NCBI GenBank assembly: GCA_035084275.1
Contig: CM068771.1
Coordinates: forward strand, 4,216,001 to 4,280,000
From: Hydrolagus colliei
Lineage: Eukaryota
DNA: 64,000 nucleotides
Direction: 5' to 3'
This document shows, in pieces, positions 22,831 to 38,000 of the stretch (position 1 is the stretch's first letter; every line of letters begins with the position of its first letter). The notes beneath the pieces were generated by a model. That model was not told the DNA's origin, did no database searches, and worked only from the letters and a program-made list of their open reading frames with translations. The translations under genes were made by a program, and so were the position numbers.

Positions 22831-25800
22831 CTTCAGCGAGTGGCTTAATGGAACAGACCAGGTTTGAGGCAGGAGGAAACACACACACACTTTATCTGCC
22901 GTGTTAGTATTAGTGCCCAGTCCCTCTTCACAAGTACCACTTTACCCTCTTTTCCCCCTTTCTCCCCCGGCCCCGATTTGGCTGCCGCGTTTCGCCCACA
23001 AACGTACAGTCAATTCTCCTACCCTCCTTCATCCCACCCCGACCCCTCCCCATCACCCCTGCTCTTGTCCCTACCTGTCTGTACAGCTCCTCGGGACGTC
23101 CCCTCGACGCAAAAGGCGATATATAAACGTACGTTTTGATTGATTTAGTGGATGAAACGTGGCAGCCATTTGCACACGGCAGTGTCCCACAAACAGCCGT
23201 TGATTGGGTGACCCACAATCGAGTAACACGGGCATTCCTACTTACCGCTAGTTAAACAGAGGCATGCGAAGGTACTTCCCTGCCCAGGAATCGACTCTGG
23301 GTCCTCTCGCTCGAGAGGCGAGAGAGCTAACCACTGAACTGCAAGACTCCACAAACTCAACGGTGCTCGATTGCCTTTGCAATCTGCACACCAACTGATT
23401 CACTGGGACTATTTAAGCTGTTGTTGGCTGAATGAGAATATTGGTCATGTATTGCAGAATGCACAGCTTTGAATATACATCTTGAAATACAATAATAATA
23501 ATAATAATCCTTGCATTTGACGCAGCGCTTTTCACACTTCATCGTCTTAGAGATTTTTCAAAGCGCTTCACGGAATATACTGTGAAGTGAAGCGACTGTA
23601 TATATTTGTGGGCGAAACGCAGCAGCCAATTGCGCACAGCAGCGTCCCCCACACACAGTCGTGGATTGAAATGACAAATTTCTTTATTGTGTTTATTTGG
23701 AGGGATTATTATTGTGTGTGTGTGTGTGTCTGTGTGTATGTGTGGAGTAAGGAAACTTGCCCAAGGTTTCGCCCTGACCTGCCTGGATTTGAACACAGGT
23801 CTCACGCTCGTGAAGGCGAGTGCTCTAACCACTGAGCTACAGGAGCTACAGAATATAATATATTATGTTATAACGAGGGCTGGTTTAAAGCAAAATCTCA
23901 GAAGTATCCAATACCAATGCCATTTTAGAAACTAAATTTAAAAATTTTGTTTAATTAAATTTAAAATATCTCCCCGAGAGCCAACCCCCTCCCGCCCGAT
24001 CTAAGCCTGCTCTTCCCTTGTGGAGAGGTGCAGCCATGTGGTCGGTGACTGAGAGTGAAACTCGTCTCTTCGCTTCTCACACGATTGCAAACAGTGGCTC
24101 CAACGCGCCCCTCACTGGCCAGCCTTAACACACAGCTTCCAATTGTGTGTGTGTGTGCACAGTCAGTATGTGTGTGTGCGTGTGTGTGTGTGTGTATGTA
24201 AAGTCTATGTGTATGTATCTGTGTGTATGCAGACTGTGTGTTTGTAGTCTGTGTGTACAGTATGTGTGTGGGCGTATATACATTCTGTGTGTGTACAGTA
24301 TATTGACTACAAACACTGACTACACACATACACTACAGTGTGTGAAGTATACAGTAGTTTACGGTGTGTGAGTGTATGTACGATCAGTGGATATACACAG
24401 TCACTGTGGGTCTAAATAAATGCAAACTAAGAATAAGAATAATCCTCGCATTTGGTACAGCACCTCATTAGGTCTTTGAGACGTCTCAAAGCCAGAGTAC
24501 ACTGTAACAGACTGTACATTTTGTGGGCAAAATGCTGTAGCCAACTGCGCACAGCAGCGTCCCCCCAAAAGGTAGTGGATCGAGGGACCAAATTCTTATA
24601 GTTTTTTATTTTTTAAGGGATTATTACTCCCGAAAATGGCAACTCGCCAATCGACAGGTTTCTACTTGCTGCTAGGCATATAGAGGCCCCATCCTACTTA
24701 ACCAATCTACTCTCCCCCTACACGCCCACCCGGACCCTCCGTTCAACAGGACTTGTCCTGCTCCAAGCCCCCCGCCCGAACCGCCCCACCATCGGAGGCC
24801 GGGCCTTCAGTTTCTCCGCTCCCACCCTATGGAATGCCATCCCTCAATCCCTCCGTTTCGTCTCTTCCCTTTCCTCTTTCAAGGCCGGTTTGAAGACTTT
24901 CCTCTTCGATCGTGCCTTTTGTTCCACCCCGAACTCTTTTACCTTCGTGTTTCACCCCTTCCCAAACACTCCCCTCCCAGCTCGGGTCACACGCCTCCTG
25001 TTCAGCGCCTTGGGACGTCCTCCCAACGTGAAAGGCGCTCTATAAATGTAAATTGTTGTTGTTGTTGTTGAGTGAGGAAACTTGCCTCACTTTTCGCCCT
25101 GTGTGTGTACAGTCAGCGTATGACTGCCCCTGACTGTTTCTCTCTCTCGTGTCTTCTCCCCACAGCTGCCTCACTCCCTGCGCAGCCTCGACGAAGTCAC
25201 ATACGCAGAGATCAACTGGACCCCGATGAGGAGACCCAACCCACAGCCCAGGGCTCTGTGTGCACACACTGACTACATACACACTGACACACACACACTG
25301 ACACACACACACTGACACACACACTGACACTGACACACACACTGACACTGACACACACACTGACACTGACACACACACTGACACACACACACACTGACAC
25401 ACACACACACTGACACACACACACACACACTGACACTGACANNNNNNNNNNNNNNNNNNNNNNNNNNNNNNNNNNNNNNNNNNNNNNNNNNNNNNNNNNN
25501 NNNNNNNNNNNNNNNNNNNNNNNNNNNNNNNNNNNNNNNNNNNNNNNNNNNNNNNNNNNNNNNNNNNNNNNNNNNNNNNCACACTGACACTGACACACAC
25601 ACTGACACACACACACTGACACACACACACTGACACACACACACTGACACACACACACTGACACACACACTGACACTGACACACACACTGACACTGACAC
25701 NNNNNNNNNNNNNNNNNNNNNNNNNNNNNNNNNNNNNNNNNNNNNNNNNNNNNNNNNNNNNNNNNNNNNNNNNNNNNNNNNNNNNNNNNNNNNNNNNNNN

Positions 25801-27631
25801 NNNNNNNNNNNNNNNNNNNNNNNNNNNNNNNNNNNNNNNNNNNNNNNNNNNNNNNNNNNNNNNNNCACACTGACACTGACACACACACTGACACACACAC
25901 TGACACTGACACACACACTGACACTGACACACACACTGACACTGACACACACACTGACACACACACACACTGACACACACACACACTGACACACACACAC
26001 TGACACACACACACTGACACACACACACTGACACTGACACNNNNNNNNNNNNNNNNNNNNNNNNNNNNNNNNNNNNNNNNNNNNNNNNNNNNNNNNNNNN
26101 NNNNNNNNNNNNNNNNNNNNNNNNNNNNNNNNNNNNNNNNNNNNNNNNNNNNNNNNNNNNNNNNNNNNNNNNNNNNNNNNNNNNNNNNNNNNNNNNNNNN
26201 NNNNNNNNNNNNNNNNNNNNNNNNNNNNNNNNNNNNNNNNNNNNNNNNNNNNNNNNNNNNNNNNNNNNNNNNNNNNNNNNNNNNNNNNNNNNNNNNNNNN
26301 NNNNNNNNNNNNNNNNNNNNNNNNNNNNNNNNNNNNNNNNNNNNNNNNNNNNNNNNNNNNNNNNNNNNNNNNNNNNNNNNNNNNNNNNNNNNNNNNNNNN
26401 NNNNNNNNNNNNNNNNNNNNNNNNNNNNNNNNNNNNNNNNNNNNNNNNNNNNNNNNNNNNNNNNNNNNNNNNNNNNNNNNNNNNNNNNNNNNNNNNNNNN
26501 NNNNNNNNNNNNNNNNNNNNNNNNNNNNNNNNNNNNNNNNNNNNNNNNNNNNNNNNNNNNNNNNNNNNNNNNNNNNNNNNNNNNNNNNNNNNNNNNNNNN
26601 NNNNNNNNNNNNNNNNNNNNNNNNNNNNNNNNNNNNNNNNNNNNNNNNNNNACACACAATCTAAGTACACCAGCATCCAAACTGACACACATGTGGAAAC
26701 ACACACATTANNNNNNNNNNNNNNNNNNNNNNNNNNNNNNNNNNNNNNNNNNNNNNNNNNNNNNNNNNNNNNNNNNNNNNNNNNNNNNNNNNNNNNNNNN
26801 NNNNNNNNNNNNNNNNNNNNNNNNNNNNNNNNNNNNNNNNNNNNNNNNNNNNNNNNNNNNNNNNNNNNNNNNNCAGTAATTTAATGTAATTTAATTAACA
26901 GTAATTTAAAAAATGAAAAATAAAATTTTAATTGAAAAAAACTTTTGGTGCAATGTATGAGCTCCTGTGGCTCAGTGATTAGAGCACTTGTCTTGCAAGG
27001 CTGGGGAGACCTGTGTTCGAATCCAGGCAGGTCAGGGCAAAACGTCAGGCAAGTTTCCTTACGCCACACGCCTAATAATAATCCCTGCAACAAAAAAAAC
27101 ACAACAATAAAGTTGGTCATTTCAATCCACGACTGTTTGTGGGGGGGACGCCGCTGTGCGCAATTGGCTGCCGCGTTTCACCCACAAATATATACAGTCA
27201 CTTCACTTTACAGTGTAGTCTGTGAAGCGCTTTGGGACGTCGATAAGATGTGAAAAGCGCCGTATCAAATGCAAGGATTATTATTATATATATATGACCG
27301 AGTGAGACACCATTGTCCACGCAATTTAATAAATAATAATCCCTGTTTGACACACATACCTTCTCGTGTCTGGGGGACGTCTCAAAGCGCTTCACAGGAT
27401 TCATCCCCCCTACCTCGTCTCTCCTCACAGCAGTACTGCTGCTTCCGCTCTACTGGGTCTGGCCTCCTCCTTGTCCCCCCGAATCCTATGCTCTACCATC
27501 GGCAGCCGTGCTTTCCACCACTGTGCCCTGAAACTTTGGAGGTTGGAACTCCCTCCCTCAACCCCTTCACCTCAAACCCTCCTTTCCACCATCTTCAGGT
27601 GGCACCTGAGACCTTTCTCATTGACTTGAGC

Positions 27632-28252
27632 CATACGGACATGGAGGTGCAGAGGGACTGAACGTCCAGTGTGAAAAGGAGACGTTCAGGACCGTGCAAC
27701 TGGAAATTGTCGAAATGTCGGAGGGCGTCCGACGAGTCACGGATATAGTTGGGTAGGGATTGGACGAGGGGAGCAAAAATGTAGTCTAAATATGATGAAA
27801 TGAATTCAGTGGGACAGGAGCAGGCTGAGACAACGGGTCTGCCAGGACAGTCCTGTTTAGGAATCTTGGGGAGAAAGTGTAGGCGGGCTGTGCGGGGTTG
27901 GGTGACTATGAGGTTGGACGCAGTAGGAGGAAGGTCACCAGCGGAGATGAGGTTATTAACTACCTCAGTGACGGAGGCTTGGTGTTGAGCTGTGGGGTCA
28001 TGGTTGAGTGGAAGGTAGGCGGAGTTGTCGGAGAGCTGGCGTTTGGCCTCTGCCAGATACGGCTCCTTACGCCAGACAACGACAGCAGCACCCTGGTCAG
28101 CTGGTTTGATGATGAAATCAGGGTTGGCCCTGAGGGAGTGGAGTGCAGTGCGTTCAGAGGGAGAGAGGCTGTTGTTTGCTGTTGGACTGAAGGTGAGGCT
28201 CTGACCAGACTCAGACAACAATATGTGAGGAGCTACCGTCAACACTCGCAGT
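27632..28252 (-). mobile_element. Penelope-like RT fragment, unit B
   Basis: Near-identical paralog of 4435-5055. Confidence 0.85.
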
Positions 28253-29066
28253 GAACATCACAGGACTGTTGCCCACTCTATGATGTAGGGAATATTTGAA
28301 CTGTTTGTGTGTGTTTTCATGTGATTCCCACAAACCAGGAAATCAGCAGGAAACCAAAACCAGAAATAGTCTCTGAACATTGCCATCTTGGGACACAAGT
28401 TCAATTAACTTCTAACAGTGAAGATTCTTCTCTTTCAGGACCAAACCCAAACAGGTCAGTGTCAGAAATTGTTTCCTGAAATAAAATTAGACAGTGATAT
28501 AAAAACAATCATACTTTTACATTATATCGCAGTTACAGGATTGACTGGTTTCACTTTCGCACCCTGTGATGTTGAGTTTAACTGTGAAATAAATGTTCTC
28601 CATTGTCAGGTTTGTGTAAATAGTAAAGCGGGAGCGGCTGCTGTGAGTTTATTCCCAGTTTGTTGTTTAAACGCTGAGAATTGGAGGCCAGTGAGGAGTA
28701 AGGGGAATGGGAGCCTCGTCTCTGACCTGCACCTTGTTGGGGGTGAATAAGGAGCAGCTCTGAGGAGAGGGAGGGGAGGAGCACATAGAGCAGTCACACA
28801 CAACATGTTTCTTCCCCAAAACTACCTCATGGAGACACCCCAGTGTGGGGCTGGGGGGGGGGCCTCACTGTCACAGTTAAACTTCCCAAATCATTATTCC
28901 GACAGAGATGGCAGTTTGTTCTGCTGTGTGTGTGTAAATGTTGTAAGATCGCAGAATTATTCATTAGGTTTTTTATTTTGACCAATTATGTACAAACACA
29001 AATCTCTGTAATTATCTGATTTGCTGTTGCAACCAGATGTGATCTCAATATGAAGGCCCGAAGAAG

Positions 29067-32000
29067 ATGATCTGGAAACGGTGTATTCAGGTCCTGTGGC
29101 TTGTGCTCCCCCTCTCTCTGGCTGGTAAGGAAACATGTTGAATCTGTTTGGTTTCTGCTGATCATAGAATCATAGAATTTTACGGCACAAAAGGAGGCCA
29201 TTCGGCCCATCTAGTCTGTGCCGGCTCTTTGAAAAGAGCGATTCAATCCCATTACCCTGCCCGCTCCCCATAGCCTAATAGACCCGTTCTCCCTAAATAA
29301 AGATCTAATTCCCTTTTAAAAGTTGTTATCGAATCAGCCTCCACCACCTTTTCAGGCAATGCATTCCAGATTCGAACAACTCGCTGAGTGAAAAAATTTC
29401 TCCTCAGCTCCCCTCTACTGCGCCTTGAAACTATTTTAAATCTGTGACCACGAGTCACAGATTCACCCACGAGTGGAAATAGTTTTTCTCTATTTGCCCT
29501 GTCGAAACCCCTCATGATCTTATAAACCTCTATTAGGTCTCCCCTCAATCTTCTCTGCTCCAGAGAGAATAACCCTAGCCTATCTAGCCTCTCCTCATAG
29601 CTGAAGTCCCTCAATCCTGGCACCATCCTAGTAAATCTCCATTGTACCCTTTCCAATGCCTTCACATCCTTTCTGTAGTGTGGTGACCAGAATTGAACAC
29701 AGTATTCCAGCTGAGGCCTCACCAAAGTCCTATAGAGGTTAGTCAGCACTTCCTGACTTTTGTACTCTATACCCCTATTTATAAAGCCTAGTATCCCATA
29801 TGCCTTCTTAACAGCCTTGTCTACCTGTCCTGCCACCTTCAACGAGTCACTAACACAAATCCCCAGGTCTCTCTGTTCCTTCACACCATTTAAAATTGTA
29901 CTATCTAGCCTATATTGCCTCCCTTCATTTCTTCTCCCAAAATGCATCACCTCACACTTCTCTGCATTAAACTTCATCTGCCATGTGTCTGCCCACTTTA
30001 CCAATTTGTCTATATCCTCTTGCAGATGGCTACTATCCTCCTCACTGTTTACTATTCTCCCTAACTTAGTGTCATCTGCAAACTTGGAAACTGTACTCCG
30101 TACACCCAAGTCCAGATCATTGATGTAGATTACAAACAGCAATGGTCCCAAAACCGATCCCTGTGGCACACCACTGCTCACTTCCCTCCAATCTGAAAAA
30201 CAGCCGCTCACTACAACTCTCTGCTTTCTGTCTCGCAGCCAGTTGTGGATCCACGCTGCCACTGTCCCTTTTACGCCATGGGCCTTTAATTTCATAATAA
30301 GTCTCTCATGTGGCACTTTGTCAAATGCCTTTTGAAAGTCCATGTAAACTACATCAACTGCGCTACCATTATCAACCCATTCCGTTACCTCATCAAAAAA
30401 TTCTATCAGATTTGTAAGGCAAGATTTGCCTTTAACAAATCCATGTTGACTGTCCTTTATTAGCCTATATCTTTCTAAGTGAAGATCTACCTTGTCCCTG
30501 ATTATGGACTCTAGAAGTTTGCCCACTACCGACGTTAGACTGACTGGTTTGTAGTTACCAGGCTTGTCCTTCTGCCCCTTTTTATACAAGGGAGTAACAT
30601 TAGCTATCCTCCAGTCCTCTGGCATGACCCCTGTGTCCAAGGAAGATTGAAAGATCGTGGCCAGAGTCCCTGCTATTTGCTCCCGTGCCTCACTTAGTAA
30701 CCTAGGGTGCATCCCATCCGGACCAGGTGACTTATCCACCTTGAGCGACGTCAACCTTTTTAGCACTTCCTCTCTGGTTATAATTATTCTATCCATTTCT
30801 CCTACCCTCTCCTCTAATACCATGGCATTGGCTGTATCATTTTCTTTTGTGAAGACAGAGGCGAAGTACTCATTCAGTACATCAGCCATGCCCTCTGCCT
30901 CCACAATGAGATTTCCTCCTAGGTCCCTAATTGGCCCCACCCTCTCCTTGACCAACCTTTTACTCTTAATATGTTGGTAAAAAACCTTAGGGTTCCCCTT
31001 AATCTTACTCGCTAATTGTTTTTCATGCAGTCTCTTTGCCCCTCTAACTTCCTTTTTTAGTTCTATCCTACACTTCCTATATTCTGCTTGGTTCCCTTCT
31101 GAATTTTGAGCCTGACACTTATCATAAGCCTCTTTTTTTTGTTTGATTTTGGCCCCGATTTCCTTAGTCATCCAGGGAGGTTTGGATGCCTTACATTTCA
31201 CCTTTGTGGGGATGCTTTTGACCTGTGCCTGAACTATCTCCTCTTTGAACGCTGCCCACTGCTCGTTAGTTGTCTTACCTGCCAATTTTTCTTTCCAATC
31301 CACCTTGGCTAGGTCCCACCTCAACTCATTGAAATTAGCCCTTTTCCAGTTGAGTGTCCTCACCTGTGATCGTTCCTTATCCCTTTCCATAATTATTCTG
31401 TATCTAACGATATTGTGGTCACTATTCCCTAGATGCTCACCTACAGAAACCTGTTGAACTTGCCCTACCTCATTTCCCAAAACTAGATCCAGCAATGCTT
31501 CTTTCCTCGTTGGACTGGAAAAGGGAGGACCTCTCCATTCTGGTTTGTGTCCATAGGAAAGTGCAAAAGTTCCAAATGACATTTGTGTCTCTTTGCGACC
31601 AGGGCTCACTATGTCTCCTCATCCTTCTTGATCTTCCCACGGCCACTAACATGGTTGACCACTTTATCCTTCTCCACTCCCTTTCCTCTCAGCTCCATGT
31701 TCGTGGCTCTGTCGTTTCCTGGTTCCGTTCTTACCTTTCCCATCGTCTCCACTTTGTTTCCACCAATGACTTCTCCTGTATCCCACGCTCCATCACATGT
31801 GATGATATCCAGGGTTCTTTACCTGGTCCTACCCTTTTTAATATTTACATTCTCTCGCTTCCGGATGTGGGTGACAATCAACTCTGTCTCTCTGCCTACA
31901 AGGCCGTACGCAGGGGGGGTGCGACGGGTGCGTACGCACCCCCCCAAATTATAAAAGGTCCACATTTTCCGGGGAAGAGAATTGCATTTTTTTATCAAGT

Positions 32001-35000
32001 TTAAATACCAAGTAAATTTATTGAACATTTGAGTAACAATCAGTTCTTCAAAACTATATATAAATTATAAACTCACATCTTTGAATGATTTAGTATTAAT
32101 ATAAAATTATCGAGTCGCACACCAGAATCGGCGTCTACGCCAAAACATACCGCGTCGATAGACCAGTCCATGACGTGGCGAGTCTGTGACTCATGATTGG
32201 ATAAACATAGGCGCCAAGACTCAAATCCTCGTTTGGAAATCATCCCGTAAACAGCCACAAGGGGCAGCACCAATTCTGGAGTTAAAATCATCTTTTCATC
32301 TGATCACCGTAAGTAAAAATGACTCAAGTTTTGAGAGGTGTGACTGTAATGCTAGCAAACAATGACAACATATTTACAAGCTTCTGAGAAATTAAAGCTT
32401 TTGAGAACCCAACAAAAAAGTTATATGCTGGACGGGAATGCCTATCTTTAAAAAAAATACTCATGGACATAGACCTATGCTTTAGCGCCTATTCCACGTG
32501 GTGTGTCAATCGGAAATCATCCCGTATACAGTCACTACATAAAAAGGTAGCACCACTTTGTGGAAGCTGAAATCGTATTTTAATCTGATAATGTTAGCAA
32601 TTGATAATAGTGCCTTAGTACATTGTCAGACAGCTCAGAGCGCTTCACAGAACGTACTGTAAAGTGGCCAGTTTTTGCCCAGGATTGTCCCACAAACACC
32701 GATGGAGTGAGTCACCGATTTTATTTGGGGGCGTTTGTTGGCCAGGACAACAGGAGAGAGACTTCCCTCCGCTTTTCGAGTAGTGTCAGAGGATCTTTTC
32801 ACATCCATCTAAACAGACGGATCAGACCTCGGTTCAGCATCTCAACCAAAAGAACAGCCTCTAACCCCCCCCCCCCCCCCCCACAGCACCACATTGAAGT
32901 GTCAGCTTCCTCTGTGTGATACCGAGTGCCGACGTGGGGTTTGAACCCACAACTTTCTGACTCAGAGGCCAGAGTGCTATTCACTGTGCCAGGCGACTCG
33001 CCAGGTGATGCTGCTGTCTTCTATCACCTGTGGGAAACTTTCTTTCCCTCCTACTCAGTGCCTCTGAATCTGAAGACATTCCCAAGGTCGAGGTTGCATA
33101 TCTGACTGATTGACAACTGAGATTTATTTTCAGGGTTTGTGGGCAGTGTCACGTAATTGGCTATAACTTAAAGGATTGTTAACCTGCACCTGTTAGAGTT
33201 GAGGTCCCCAGAACTGCTGCCTCACACCAGCGGGATATAAAGGACAGGTGCAGTCGAGTCTGCAAAGCAACAGCTCTTCCTACACAAATCTCTTCAACGT
33301 GACTCCTCTGAAAGTCACTCTTTCTCTCTTTGAATAATAATATAATCCGTGCATTTCATGTATCGATGTAGGTTAGGGTCGGTCTACCTCGTGTTCTGTG
33401 ACCGTGCAATGGTTCCCATAGGATAGTAGGACTATGGACAGTTTCCTCCCGGCTTCTCCAGCTATGTCCGCTAAACCTAAGACGCCTCTGCGGTAATGTC
33501 TGTGATACCAGTGTGGTAGTGTACCATATAGCTCACTATTTGTCAGATGCTGTCGCCAGTAAACGTTCAGGGCGTCTCTTAGAAGCCTGGTATGTACCTC
33601 ACGAGTCACCTAATCTCCTGGGTTTGCCTAAGTGTCCAGCATTCTGCTCCGTATAGGAGCGACTTTCAGCCCTCGCGTTAATGCACATTCATTATAATAT
33701 GGAAATCGATATTGGTAGAGCGGTTGACGTATTGGCTTCAAAGCGACCAAGGCGTCTCGAATACGGAACGCTATTAAAGAATTAATTTCCCCTCCCTTAT
33801 TTTTTCAAGTATTTTTTCGTCAGATCAGTATTGCTTGATGGGTCACTGCCTTTCATTTTGATTCTAAATAAATAAATAAAAACTAACTACACTATTGCTC
33901 ACAGTTCAACGATATTTTCAGGATAATGCTGATAACAGGCTTGTAACACGTGTGAATTAACTGTTTGACACTGATTTTCAGTATCTGTATATTTTCTTGT
34001 CTTTTATAAAATTTGCTTTGCTGGAATATCTGAGCACATCATTCATACTTTACTCTTACATTATTGTTCATTACAGTCCGAAAGAAGTTTAGTCTTAGGA
34101 TAACAATGCAGAACAACTTATTAATTACCGTCAATCTGTAGTTTATGATCATTTTCTCTATACGCATACATTTATCAAGCATTCGTCATTGTACTGTGTT
34201 AATTGGATTGTAATTTACTTTATCGTTCGCATTCCTTACATCATCGAGTCAACAATCGTGTTGGCTTTTATCGGCGAACACATTCGACCTTCCCAATTAG
34301 ACACGGACTACCGGGGAAAATAAAAACACTGAATAAATAATGATGCTCTTAAACACCAAGGGCATAAATACAGTTCATATTGGATCTTCTGAATCGATTA
34401 AATAAGACCTCAAACTGTGTAAAACGTCGGAGCCTTGAGGGGGCTTCGGGGGCAGCCCGCAAGCCCCCGGCCATTGTTGGTCCCATCACTAGCAATTCGC
34501 ACCCCCCCAAAAAAAATCCTGCGTACGGCCCTGACAAGACCAATGCTCTACTCCTTTGCTTCCATCAGCATCTCTGCACCCCGGGCACTGACGGCATCAA
34601 TATTCGTGGATGTACTCTCCACCACCAATACATAAGAACATAAGTATTAGGCGCAGGACTTGGCCATTTGGCCCCTCAAGCCTGCCCCGCCATTCAATAA
34701 TATCATGGCTGATCTTCAAATCTAACTCCACCTATATGCCTTATTCCCATATCCCTGAATCCATTTGTCCATAAGAAACTGTCAATTTCAATCTTGAATA
34801 TGCTAAGGGATTGAACATCTACAGTCTTTTGGGGTAGAAAATTCCATAAATTCGCTAGCCTCTGAGTGCAGAAGTTTTCCCTCAACTCAGTGTGAAAAGG
34901 CTGACCCCTATTCTTAAGACTATAACCCCAACCAGGATTACCAACCAGGGGAAACAGTCTCCCACTGTCTACTCTGTCATGGCCCTTAATAATCTTATAG

Positions 35001-38000
35001 GTTTCTTTCATGTCACCTCTCATTCTTCAAATGCAAGGATTATTATTATAGTTCAATTGCGGCTGCCAAAGAGAACTTCTACTTTATGTTAGTATGTCAC
35101 TGACTTTCTATTGATAGTTATTCTGAGACAATGTGACTGAAAATCCTAACCATTGTCTATTGTTTGTTACTGAACAGAGAGATTCACAGTCAATGTTCCC
35201 AGTCACCCTGTCCCAGCCATTGCTGGATCAGATGTTGTCCTGGACTGTAAGTGTTCCACAAAGCTGCCATTAGAGGGCGTGGAGGTGAGATGGTTCAGGG
35301 TGAGATTCAACTCCCCTGTGCACTTATTTAAAGAGGGACATCATCAACTGGATATACAGGATGAAGCCTATAGACACAGAACACAACTGTTTGAAGATAA
35401 GTTTATCAATGGTGATGTGTCTCTCATTCTGGAAGATGTACGGGGGACAGATCATGGAGAGTACACGTGTTTCGTCAAGTACGACGGATGGTATGAACAG
35501 GGAGTGATAGAGTTGAAAGTTACAGGTCAGTAATGTTTACAATTCCTTTTATTACATGTGATCAGTGTGTGCAAGAATTCACTAATCTTTAATATGTTCA
35601 AACTACAATAATTTCTATGAACAAGAATGTCCGTTTATTCAGAATGTTGTAGATGTGTTTTCAATAAGTTACTGCACTGTAATGTCCCGGGTAAAATATT
35701 GTCTGATTCATGTCTCCTGTCTCTTCCAGGCCTTGGCAGTCAGCCTTGGATTCATGTTGAAGGACAACACAATGGTGGTGTGAGGCTGTTGTGTGAATCC
35801 ATTGAATGGTTCCCAGCACCAGAGGTTCTGTGGTTTGATGATCAGGGAAACAAATTATCAACACTCAGTAACTTGACAATCAAACAGGATTCTAAAGGTC
35901 TCTTCAGTGTTAAAAGCCAAATAGAAATAATCCATTCAACCAACAAGATCAAGTGTCTGATTCATAATTCAGAAAATGAACAAGAAGGAAAACTCCAAAT
36001 CTTGGGTTAGTAAACACAGTAAATATTAATGTTGGTCTGAAAAATATGATGTAGATTTATTATAATAACTCTTGCATTTGAAATAACACTTTTCACATTT
36101 TCTATACATCTCAAATTGCTTCACAGAATATACTGTAAAATATATTGGCTGTGTATACATGGGCGAAACGTGGCAGAAAGTTGTGCACAGCAGTGTCCCT
36201 CAAACAGCTGTGTATTAAAATAACCAATTATTATTGTGTCTTTTTGAGGGACTATTATTAGCTGTGCAGAGTAAGGAAACTTGCCCAAAGTTTCACCCCA
36301 CCGGGAATCAAACTCACATCTCGCGCTTGTCAGGGGAGTGCTCTAATCACTGAGCTACAGGACTAAAGTATTGTACAGGACTTCACTTGATGTGTTGTAC
36401 AACACATGAAGTGAATACACATTGGTCTGGATGATACGGTCTGTCTAATTTCATCCTTTCAAAATATGACACGTAAGAATTAGGAGCAGGAGTAGGCCAC
36501 TCGGTCGCTCGAGCCTGCCCCACCATTCAATAAGATCATGGCTGATCTATTCTAACTCCATCTACCCGCGTTATCCCCATTCCATTCATCATCTCCTTTA
36601 TCTCTCTATTATCCCTCATCATCTTTAATAACAACTATTTACATTTGTAAATTGCCTTTCACATCGAGATGACGTCCCAATGTGGAAGATGCTATAAAAA
36701 GTCAAAGATTTGGTCATGAGCTGGGGGATAGGGTCAGGAGGGATGGAAGGCAGGTGGGTGGGAGTAGGTGGGTGACCGAATGTATGGTCAAAGTGGTGGG
36801 TGTTGAAGGTGAGAAGGGACAGCCCGAGGTGGAGGGACTGTGGATGGGGTTCCAAAAATACCTCCGTACTCCAGCCCACCCAACCTTCCTGTTAATTATG
36901 CTAGTTGCTTATTACGTTAGGAATGAATAAATACTGAATGTCAACGTGACTGAAGCCCTCCTGTCAACGCCTTCACACCTCAGGTACTGGCAGCATCAAC
37001 AGCAACAACAAATTACATTTATAGAGCGCCTTTCACGTCCCAAGGCGCTGAATGTACAACCTCCATGGTTGTACATTCCATATCAACAAACCAGTCAGGA
37101 ACCTAGATGTCTTGTTCTATCCTCAACTGTCTTTCCTTCCCCACTTACAAGCCGTGACTCATTCTGCCTTCAATCACCTCCGCAACATTGCCCAACTCCG
37201 CCACTAGGTCACCCCTCAGGCCGCTGAAACTGTATCCAATACGATACCAGGCTTCACTTTGATTGAAGCCTGTGGTAGCGACTGAGCTATTGAGTGTAAT
37301 ACAGTAACATGGGGGTAAATGTAGACATTTAGTGTTTGATATCAGAATAGATGTTTGAATGTATATTTACATTTCTTGACAGATGAGTTCTTCCCCAAAG
37401 TGCCAGTGGGTTTGGTGGTCTCCTCACTGCTCTTAGGACTTGCCATAATAGTGCTGAGTGTTCTTGTCGTCTACAGTGTAAAACAGCACCGAGAGATCAA
37501 AGGTACGTTTCCGTCAGTAACATCCCTCAACTTAACACTGTGTTACTGTTTGTGTGAGAATATGCAAGTTCTATAAATCAATTGCTTTCTCCCTTCACTC
37601 AGTAACCACCTGGCCTGTTTCATGTCACTGCCCTATTCTTCCCCCCATCAGCAAGTTAGGCTTTCAACCTATCTGTCCCCACTCTCTGGAACTCAATCCA
37701 ACTGTCTTTTCGAATCAGTCTTTCCAAATCACTGCCACATCATCCCATTCTGAAAGATGCTCTATAAATGTCATTTTGTTGTTGTTGTTTAGTAGGCCCC
37801 TTCTCACTGACTCACTGGAGAAAATAAAACAGCGTCTTAGACTACCACAGCTTGGCTAAATTATTAATTATTGCAGTATTATCTCATCGCTCGCTCCTCT
37901 CTCCCTTCTCTCGTCGAACGCTCCAGTCTTCTCTTATCACTCGCTCCACTCTCCCTTCTCCGCCTAAGGCTGCATCGCGCAAGGGCTGTGAACTCCAATA

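Noticed and set aside
32073-32291. Short ORFs inside the hAT-like element (for example [10 protein letters not shown]...) as a transposase remnant
   Set aside because: No recognisable BED finger, DDE or hATC motifs; the element appears non-autonomous.
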